From NCBI RefSeq assembly GCF_029232205.1, contig NZ_CP107255.1:870001-902000 (forward strand): a stretch of DNA of 32,000 nt, written 5' to 3'. This document shows positions 25,737 to 32,000 of this stretch, one piece after another; positions within the stretch are counted from its first letter, which is position 1, and the number at the start of each line of letters is the position of its first letter. A model generated the notes under the pieces. The model saw only the letters and a program-made list of their open reading frames with translations, was not told the DNA's origin and did not search any database. Source of the stretch: Candidatus Saccharimonadota bacterium. GTDB taxonomy: Archaea; Nanohalarchaeota; Nanosalinia; Nanosalinales; Nanosalinaceae. A program made the translations under genes and the position numbers.

Positions 25737-26016
25737 GGTTATCACCTAGTGCTTTCTCAAAGGCCTTTCCAAGATCTTCAGGATTAAAACCTATCATTTT
25801 TACATCAACATTTCTGACTCGGTCAGCAACATCTTTTACACTGGCTTTTTCACTTATACCTGTTAATGCTTGCTCTATTTCGGAAAGTTTTTCCGCAGGT
25901 TCAAGGAAAAAATCTCCTCTCAGCTCCGCGCTCTTAATCACTGTGTTCTCCTTCTCAAGTTTTAGTTTCAGCATTTTGCCGTCTTCAACCTTGTACGAGG
26001 CCTTCTCCATAATCAT
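25729..26016 (-). CDS. lplB: lipoate-protein ligase C-terminal domain protein (LplB-like)
   Basis: YKVEDGKMLKLKLEKE...IKSAELRGDFFLEPAE...IEQAL. A stand-alone domain as in Thermoplasma LplB. 8-nt overlap with the lplA start. ATTATTTAT lies about 19 nt before the ATG. Confidence 0.7.
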   Translation of the reverse strand: MIMEKASYKVEDGKMLKLKLEKENTVIKSAELRGDFFLEPAEKLSEIEQALTGISEKASVKDVADRVRNVDVKMIGFNPEDLGKAFEKALGDNRE

Positions 26017-26112
26017 ATTACGTGGCTGTATCAGGATAAATAATCTGCTGTAGATATCTGCAGAACTTATCAACAAGGAGTCCTATTTTCTAGATGTGCA
26101 GGAATAAAACCT

Positions 26113-28761
26113 ATGAGCGACAAAAAGTGGCACAGCAAGAAATTAGACAAGGTATTGGGAGAACTGGGCGCGGAGAAAGAAGGCCTTTCCTCTTCTCAAG
26201 CCGATGAAAGACTGGAAAAATATGGAAAGAATAGTATAGAGAACGAAAACAGCATATCTCCTGTCAGAATCTTTCTATCACAGTTCCAGGATGTTCTTGT
26301 ATACATGCTTTTTGCAGCAGCCGCAGTATCAATCGGAGTTGGGATTCTACCTGGTGAACAGGCCCGAATCACAGAGGCCGGATTAATAGTTTTCATACTT
26401 GTATTAAACGGGTTCTTCGGCTTCTTCCAGGACTACAGAGCAGAGAAATCAATCAAGGCCCTTAAAGAAATGAGCAATCCCGACACCATGGTACTGAGAG
26501 ATGGAGAGAAAAGAGAGATCGACTCGAAAAAAGTAGTGCCCGGAGACATAATCTTTCTGGAGCCCGGAACCTCCATTCCAGCGGATGCAAGACTGATCGA
26601 GGCCGAAAGCCTCTCCACAAACGAATCAGCTCTCACAGGCGAAAGCAGCGAGGCCAATAAATCAGTTGAAGTACTTGAAGAAGACACTCCTATCGCAGAA
26701 ACATCCAACATGGTTTTCAAGAACACGAACGTGGTTAATGGATCAGGCAAGGCTGTAGTAGTTGGAACAGGTATGAAAACGGAGGTTGGAGGCATCGCAG
26801 AACAGTTAAACGAGGCCGAGGACCGGCTCACGCCATTCCAGAGAGAGGTCAACCAGCTAGGCAAAAGACTCGGATACGTAATTCTCGGAGTAATCGGCCT
26901 GGTAACAGTCTTCCAGTTTATCTTCACATCGGCAGCTCCACTCACAATATTCCTAGCAGCACTCAGCCTCGCAGTAGCAGCAAACCCAGTAGGCCTACCA
27001 GCAGCCGTAACACTTGCACTGGCCATGGGATCCAGAAAAATGCTTGAAAGAAACGTACTTGTCAGAAGACTTAACGTAATCGAAAGCCTGGGATCAGTAG
27101 ACGTAATCATAACAGACAAGACAGGAACACTGACAGAGGAAAAAATGACAGTCAAAAAACTATTCTTCAAAGGAGAAACCTTCAAGGCCTCAGTAGAAGA
27201 CAACGAAAAACCATTATTCCACCGCCATAGCCATGAAACAGACATCGATCACCTCAGGCCTCTGATTCAGTGCGGCTTCGAATGCAACGATGCAGAGAAA
27301 GCACCTGAGGACGAGGACTCAAAATACTACGGCGATCCTACCGAAGTAGCCCTTCTGCAGACTGCCAGAGACGCAGGCCTCAGCAACAGATCCAGCAGAG
27401 AGAAAACGATCCCATTCAACTCCGAGAGAAAAAGAATGACCGTAGTAACAGAGAACGGAGAGGCCTACATGAAAGGCGCTCCGGAAGTTGTACTGGAAAG
27501 ATGCGACAGAATACTTACAGAAAACGGAGTCGAAGAACTTACAGAAGACGTTCGAGAAACGGTAAGAGAGAAAAACAGCGAATTCAGCTCCGACGCAATG
27601 CGAACACTTGGATTCGCGAAGAAACAAGATGTAGAGTCAGAAGAAGCTGAAGAAATAGAGAATCAGATGATCTTCCTAGGCCTTCAGGGCATGATTGATC
27701 CTCCGCGCAAAGAAGTTCCTGAAGCAGTACAGGACTGCAGAAACGCAGGAATACAGGTAGTAATGGCTACAGGTGACGACATAACTACGGCAAAGGCCAT
27801 CGGAGAAGAAACAGGTTTCAACCCCGAACTCTCACTGGAAAGCAGCCAACTACAAAGCCTTGAGAAAGAAGAAATAGTGGATAAAGAAATATTTGCACGA
27901 GTCACTCCCGAGGACAAGGTCAAGATACTGAAGGCCCACCAGGAGAACGGCAGCAACGTGGCCATGACCGGGAACGGAGTAAATGATGCACCAGCCCTGA
28001 AAAATGCAGACATCGGAGTGGCCATGGGAGAAAGAGGCACGGATGTTGCACAGCAGAGCAGCGACATGATAGTCCAGGACGACAACTTCGTCAGCATAAG
28101 AGATGCAATAGCGGAAGGAAGAGGAATAAGCGACAACATCAGAAAATCAGTCAACTATCTCCTCTCAGGAAACATGGGCGAAGTAATGATAGTATTCTTC
28201 GGCCTTATCATCGGAGGCCTTCTATTCCCAGAAGTATTCCAATCCCATGAAGAGGCCCTGATCCTTACACCGATGATGCTTCTCTGGATCAACTTCATCA
28301 GCGACGGATTCCCTGCGCTAGCGCTCAGCACCGATCCACCGATGGAAAAAATTATGCAGGAGACAGAGAAATACGGCAACAAATCCCTGATGGACTCATC
28401 AGTCCTCAAATCAATACTGTACATAGGAGCTCTCATGGCAGCAGCAGGCCTTCCAGTATTCTTCCTTGCACTGGGTAAAAATCTGCTGATCGCTCAGACA
28501 GCGCTTTTCAGCTTCATAATCCTGGCTGAAACCGCAAGAGTACAGGTAATCAGAAACAGGTACGGCCACAGCATACTCAGCAACAACTGGGTGCTCGCAG
28601 CACTTGGCACATCACTAACACTTCAGATGCTACTGCTCTACACACCGGCCGCTGAAGTATTCGGCACCGCCTCACTCGCAGCAAACGCATGGCTCAAAAT
28701 ACTGGCAGCGACAGCAGGATTTTCAGTACTCACAGCAATCTTCTCGAGGTACAACCAGTGA
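26113..28761 (+). CDS. P-type cation-transporting ATPase (P2A-like architecture, ion uncertain)
   Basis: LTGES, DKTGTLT, KGAPE, MATGDD, 10 TM segments, TM5 YLLSGNMGEV and TM6 NFISDGFPA. The variant motifs PVGLP (not PEGLP) and TGNGVNDAP (not TGDGVNDAP) are read from the DNA; AAC is at 27973-27975. Confidence 0.85.
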   Translation: MSDKKWHSKKLDKVLGELGAEKEGLSSSQADERLEKYGKNSIENENSISPVRIFLSQFQDVLVYMLFAAAAVSIGVGILPGEQARITEAGLIVFILVLNGFFGFFQDYRAEKSIKALKEMSNPDTMVLRDGEKREIDSKKVVPGDIIFLEPGTSIPADARLIEAESLSTNESALTGESSEANKSVEVLEEDTPIAETSNMVFKNTNVVNGSGKAVVVGTGMKTEVGGIAEQLNEAEDRLTPFQREVNQLGKRLGYVILGVIGLVTVFQFIFTSAAPLTIFLAALSLAVAANPVGLPAAVTLALAMGSRKMLERNVLVRRLNVIESLGSVDVIITDKTGTLTEEKMTVKKLFFKGETFKASVEDNEKPLFHRHSHETDIDHLRPLIQCGFECNDAEKAPEDEDSKYYGDPTEVALLQTARDAGLSNRSSREKTIPFNSERKRMTVVTENGEAYMKGAPEVVLERCDRILTENGVEELTEDVRETVREKNSEFSSDAMRTLGFAKKQDVESEEAEEIENQMIFLGLQGMIDPPRKEVPEAVQDCRNAGIQVVMATGDDITTAKAIGEETGFNPELSLESSQLQSLEKEEIVDKEIFARVTPEDKVKILKAHQENGSNVAMTGNGVNDAPALKNADIGVAMGERGTDVAQQSSDMIVQDDNFVSIRDAIAEGRGISDNIRKSVNYLLSGNMGEVMIVFFGLIIGGLLFPEVFQSHEEALILTPMMLLWINFISDGFPALALSTDPPMEKIMQETEKYGNKSLMDSSVLKSILYIGALMAAAGLPVFFLALGKNLLIAQTALFSFIILAETARVQVIRNRYGHSILSNNWVLAALGTSLTLQMLLLYTPAAEVFGTASLAANAWLKILAATAGFSVLTAIFSRYNQ

Positions 28762-29501
28762 AATGGCGATACATACCCTTCCAGCACTACAACCCCTACT
28801 TCAAAACAGGCCTCAACACAGCCCTGATGGAGTCAGTCAGAGAGACCGAAGAACCAGTAATATTTCTCTCAGGCTGGAAACCTAACGCGATCAACCTCGG
28901 ATACAGCCAGAAATTCGAGGAAGAAGTAAACCAGGAAGAATTCGAGAAACGAAGAGACGTAGTGCTGGTAAGACGTCAGGGAGGTGGAGGCGCTACATAC
29001 CTGACACAGAACGGAGAAATAACATGGGGAATAGTAGCTCCCGAAGAAGAGTTCCCCGACGACGTCAACAAGATATATCAGCAGGTCTGCGGAGAAATAG
29101 CGGAAGGCCTGAAAGAAATAGGGATTGATGCCGAACACCAGCCAATCAACGACATAGTAACTGAAAAAGGAAAAATATCAGGCACCACACTGAAACGAAA
29201 AGACGGCGTAGTATACATCGGGGGCACTTTACTCTACGAAGTTGATGCAGAGGAAATGTTTTCACTTCTAACACCAGACAAAGACAAAATAAAAGATAAA
29301 CAGATAGAGGATTTCAGAGACAGAGTTTCATCAGTAAAAAAAGAATCAGAGGCCTCTTTTGATGAAACAATTGAAGCGCTGAAGAAAGGCCTGACCAAGA
29401 GCAGAAAATACAGCGTCGATGAACTCAAAGAAGGAGAGATTGAAAGGGCTGAAGAACTAGCAGATAAATATTCTAGTGAGGACTGGTTGTACAGAGAATG
29501 A
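28758..29501 (+). CDS. lipoate-protein ligase A family paralog 2
   Basis: GTG at 28758 overlaps the ATPase TGA (GTGA). GAGGT lies 7 nt upstream. VRRQGGGGATYLTQNG and KGKISGTTLKRKDG are present, so the Lys is retained. Confidence 0.75.
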   Translation: MKWRYIPFQHYNPYFKTGLNTALMESVRETEEPVIFLSGWKPNAINLGYSQKFEEEVNQEEFEKRRDVVLVRRQGGGGATYLTQNGEITWGIVAPEEEFPDDVNKIYQQVCGEIAEGLKEIGIDAEHQPINDIVTEKGKISGTTLKRKDGVVYIGGTLLYEVDAEEMFSLLTPDKDKIKDKQIEDFRDRVSSVKKESEASFDETIEALKKGLTKSRKYSVDELKEGEIERAEELADKYSSEDWLYRE

Positions 29502-30223
29502 ACATCGAACCTGAAAAGACAGAGGCCTACAGCATAAATGTAGAAGATGCAGCCCATATACCGGATTTAGTCGCGCTTACACAGGAACTAGGCCAGTACA
29601 AACCAGTAATTATAGGCCTGGATCATCAGGAAGAACCTCACGCAATGCGAGGCCGTTACGAGAGTACTGGCGATCTTATAGCTGGTGAAGAGGTTTACAG
29701 AAGGCCTGATGGAGGTCACACTGTTTTCTCAGATGATTCAAAATACGCCCTAACTTTTGGCCTGCCCGTAGAACCTTTCGAAAGTAAGAATGCCGACACC
29801 CTTACGGAAGGAGTTCACGACTTTATTGATGATAGAACAGATCAGTGCTTTCAGAGAGGTGCGCGCGATCTCTACACGGGAGGAGACCAGATCGTAGGAG
29901 TCTCTCAGAGATTGAAAGGCGATTCAGCAGTTGTCAGAGCTTACTGGGCAGAGGACCTTCCAGAAGTCTACGGCCTGATGTATAGGGACGGATTCTCAGA
30001 TGAAGAAATGAACAGACACCAGAGAGCAATGGAAAAATCGACAGAAATACTTGGAGGCCAGGACTTTTACAAAACAGTTATGGAAGAATTTGGAGTTGAG
30101 GAAACACAGGATTCAGGTGAGTTTCTCAGAGCTCACGGAATAGAACCAGGAACTCTTTCAGAACAGCTTCTTGAGGAAGAAGGAAAAAGAGAAAGAAAGG
30201 CCTGTTTCCTGGAAAGAGGCTAG
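29498..30223 (+). CDS. divergent LplA/LipB-family paralog 3 lacking the catalytic lysine
   Basis: The ATGA overlap couples it to paralog 2. VYRRPDGGHTVFSDDS aligns with the RRxTGGG motif. GGDQIVGVSQRLKGD aligns with DGKLGGAAQLRKD but has Gln in place of Lys. Confidence 0.55.
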   Translation: MNIEPEKTEAYSINVEDAAHIPDLVALTQELGQYKPVIIGLDHQEEPHAMRGRYESTGDLIAGEEVYRRPDGGHTVFSDDSKYALTFGLPVEPFESKNADTLTEGVHDFIDDRTDQCFQRGARDLYTGGDQIVGVSQRLKGDSAVVRAYWAEDLPEVYGLMYRDGFSDEEMNRHQRAMEKSTEILGGQDFYKTVMEEFGVEETQDSGEFLRAHGIEPGTLSEQLLEEEGKRERKACFLERG

Positions 30224-30648
30224 TAAGGCTGCTCGGCACTATATCTGAACGTGACGTTTGCGGAGTCACTGAGCCTGTAGTTGTCAACAGATGTCGAAGG
30301 CATTTCTCCATCAACGTAGAAAAGCCAGCTATGAGTATCGTTCTGACTCAGACCATTAATAGAAGTTACAAAGTAGCCAAAGTCGTACTCCGTATACTCA
30401 ACATCGTAAGTGCTGTTTAAGACATGGAAAACCGTAGAGTTCTGCCTTACAGAAACATTCTCATTCAGAACAGCGTCCGGTTTCTCGACAGTCAAATTCA
30501 CGACAACATGCTCTTCACCAAAAGTAACCTCCGGCGCAGAGTTAGAGAACTGCATTCCTGAAGCTGCAAGCGCAAGCAGGAAAAGGCCTGCAAAGATGTA
30601 AAATACGTCTTTCTTACCGATAAAGTCCAATTTTTTCTTTAGATCCAT
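30220..30648 (-). CDS. DUF4430-like secreted protein (transcobalamin beta-domain-like)
   Basis: N-terminal anchor VFYIFAGLFLLALAASG. STVFHVLNSTYDVEYTEYDFGYFVTSINGLSQNDTHSWLFYVDGEMPSTSVDNYRLSDSANVTFRY matches the DUF4430 pattern from memory. Confidence 0.55.
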   Translation of the reverse strand: MDLKKKLDFIGKKDVFYIFAGLFLLALAASGMQFSNSAPEVTFGEEHVVVNLTVEKPDAVLNENVSVRQNSTVFHVLNSTYDVEYTEYDFGYFVTSINGLSQNDTHSWLFYVDGEMPSTSVDNYRLSDSANVTFRYSAEQPY

Positions 30649-31171
30649 AGAGTATCAACCCAAAACCAACTGTACTAACAAGATGAGCGAACGCAAACGG
30701 AAGGGCCGCAGCCATAAACGCAAAACTGAAGCCCGAGGCCATAAAACCTACAGAAGCCAGATTAATAACAACCTCGTAAACCACAAGGCCTACAGCTGTC
30801 GATACAAGAAAAGCATTTCTACCCTTGCTAATATTTCCTGCAAGGCCTCCTGTAACACCTGCTGCTGCAGCACCAAGCACCTGGAAAAACGTCCAGGGGC
30901 CCTGACCTCCCCACACAAGAAAGTTCGAAATATAATATCCAGTGGCTCCAGCAGCAACGCCTTCACGCATACCAAAGTAGAAACCCGTAGCAGCTGCTAC
31001 AGCGATCAAAGGCTCTACACTCGGCACATGCTGCAAGGCCACTCTACCAGCAACACCGGTAGCTGTCAAAACTGCGGTGACTGCAAAGGCCTTTGTCTTG
31101 AAGTATGATTTTGACCTAGAATCTGATTGCTCGAAAAAAGCATCTAGATCAACCGCTGTTTCAGCGCTCAT
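30614..31171 (-). CDS. polytopic membrane protein, putative ECF-type S-component-like vitamin transporter
   Basis: About 5-6 TM segments. RVALQHVPSVEPLIAVAAATGFYFG resembles S-component N-termini. The ATG at 31171 has GGGGGAG 9 nt upstream. Overlaps the DUF4430 gene by 35 nt. Confidence 0.45.
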   Translation of the reverse strand: MSAETAVDLDAFFEQSDSRSKSYFKTKAFAVTAVLTATGVAGRVALQHVPSVEPLIAVAAATGFYFGMREGVAAGATGYYISNFLVWGGQGPWTFFQVLGAAAAGVTGGLAGNISKGRNAFLVSTAVGLVVYEVVINLASVGFMASGFSFAFMAAALPFAFAHLVSTVGFGLILYGSKEKIGLYR

Positions 31172-31312
31172 AGAAAAATTCTCCCCCTTCAATTCTCCCC
31201 ATAATCTGTAACCGATTATTGGGACTACTTCATTAAGAGTCTTCGGACCTCCAACCGATCAGTTAAAAAATTAGGCCTACAGAAATTCTACTACAGACAA
31301 TCTTTACTCCAA

Positions 31313-31340
31313 TGCGAGGGTCGAAGATCTCTAAGATCTT
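31313..31340 (+). repeat. third partial copy of the tRNA-Leu(GAG) 5' end (GCGAGGGT) followed by the hairpin GAAGATCT-CTA-AGATCTTC
   Basis: TGCGAGGGT occurs at 31312, 31364 and 31419 (spacing 52 and 55 nt). The 8-bp perfect stem is at 31322-31340. Confidence 0.5.
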
Positions 31341-31364
31341 CTCGACACAAGCAAATCTATGATT

Positions 31365-31395
31365 TGCGAGGGTAGCCAAGTTGATTGCCAACCCT
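31365..31395 (+). repeat. exact 16-nt copy of the tRNA-Leu(GAG) 5' end (31365-31380 = 31420-31435), folded back on ATTGCCAACCCTC
   Basis: GCGAGGGTAGCCAAGT occurs twice, 55 nt apart. The hairpin has the same architecture and the same A.A and C.C mismatches as the element at 7850-7883. Confidence 0.75.
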
Positions 31396-31419
31396 CCAAA
31401 AACAAACTGGCAAAACAGA

Positions 31420-31502
31420 TGCGAGGGTAGCCAAGTGGTCAAAGGCGCAGCGTTGAGGGCGCTGTCCTGTAGAGGTTCCGGGGTTCGAATCCTCGCTCTC
31501 GC
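31420..31502 (+). tRNA. tRNA-Leu(GAG), class II
   Basis: Acceptor GCGAGGG/CTCTCGC (one G.U pair), D-arm GCC-AAGTGGTCAAA-GGC, anticodon arm CAGCG-TTGAGGG-CGCTG, variable arm TCCTGTAGAGGTTC, T-arm CGGGG-TTCGAAT-CCTCG. Confidence 0.88.
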
Positions 31503-31575
31503 AAGTCCATATTCCTACGAATCACGCGATTCTCTGTTTATAGGGAAGTCAGCTCCATAACCGAGAGCAAGACAA

Positions 31576-32000
31576 TCACGTTGAAAGATTCTCATCAAAC
31601 CAGGATTCTGTAGCCTCAATAACTTCATCCAGATTTTTATCGTAGTCGTGAGTTAAACCTTCAACTACCTTAAGTTCCCCCGCTTCCAGTTTTTCTACAG
31701 CTTTCTTGGAGTCTTCTAAATCTACTACCTCGTCCTCACTGCCGTGGATAATCAACACAGGACAACCCACTTCTGAGAGGAGTTCTTCCTGGTCTACATG
31801 TTTCATTTCGTCTACTATTTTCGAGCCTATCCACATCAATTGCTTCTTGTTCTTCCAGTAGTTAACACTCGGAACTCTGCCTACTAACCTAGCGAGTACC
31901 GTCCAGAGCAAGTTTTTCTTCGACAAGTCGATGCTGCTAGTTACAGGAGCCGTTAATACCATCGCCTTGACTTCAGATCTGTAATTCTTCAGCGAAATGT
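31576..32000 (-). CDS. alpha/beta-fold hydrolase, C-terminal part (N-terminus beyond the window)
   Basis: ...CPVLIIHGSEDEVVDLEDSKKAVEKL...LKVVEGLTHDY... carries the typical Asp/His end of an alpha/beta hydrolase. The frame stays open upstream of the M at 31962 through position 32000. Confidence 0.6.
   Translation of the reverse strand, partial: ISLKNYRSEVKAMVLTAPVTSSIDLSKKNLLWTVLARLVGRVPSVNYWKNKKQLMWIGSKIVDEMKHVDQEELLSEVGCPVLIIHGSEDEVVDLEDSKKAVEKLEAGELKVVEGLTHDYDKNLDEVIEATESWFDENLST

Noticed and set aside
26433-27245. 270-aa minus-strand ORF, and ORFs 27684-28154 and 28155-28436, antisense to the P-type ATPase
   Set aside because: Serine-rich antisense shadows. The sense frame carries DKTGTLT and the other P-type motifs.

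Overview
This window looks like archaeal chromosome. By eye it is mid-40s %GC, and the predicted proteome is strongly acidic (D/E-rich), as in a salt-in halophile. Tightly overlapping genes, a split lplA/lplB and a tRNA intron at a non-canonical position hint at a reduced-genome lineage such as Nanohaloarchaeota/DPANN; that placement is inference only.

Content:
- A ribosomal/RNAP block, S13-S4-S11-RpoD (5.4-7.5 kb), is separated from its usual continuation L18e-L13-S9-RpoN (12.9-14.3 kb). The ~5 kb between them holds tRNA-Leu(UAA), a small non-acidic secreted protein, a 772-aa Methanococcales-type S-layer protein and two tandem paralogous unknowns.
- Four tRNAs: Gln with an intron, Leu-UAA, Glu, Leu-GAG.
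- Transporters: AI-2E, two tandem MFS, ZIP, a P-type ATPase, and a DUF4430 protein with a putative S-component.
- A Nudix/HIT/ZIP/HIT cluster.
- An ATP-citrate-lyase-like set in split form: citryl-CoA synthetase large and small subunits plus citryl-CoA lyase.
- A PduO-type corrinoid adenosyltransferase.
- Three LplA-family paralogs plus a separate LplB domain.

I saw no rRNA, CRISPR array, transposase or integrase.

Most notable observations:
1. The palindrome AGGCCT is over-represented more than 10-fold, in every codon phase and in intergenic DNA.
2. Both tRNA-Leu genes are preceded by an exact 16-nt copy of their own 5' end, folded into a covarying hairpin.
3. The split CCS/CCL citrate-cleavage cluster.
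4. The LplA-family expansion, which includes a member lacking the catalytic Lys.
5. Two clearly protein-like frames have no canonical start codon.

All function calls come from motif recognition by eye. No searches were run.
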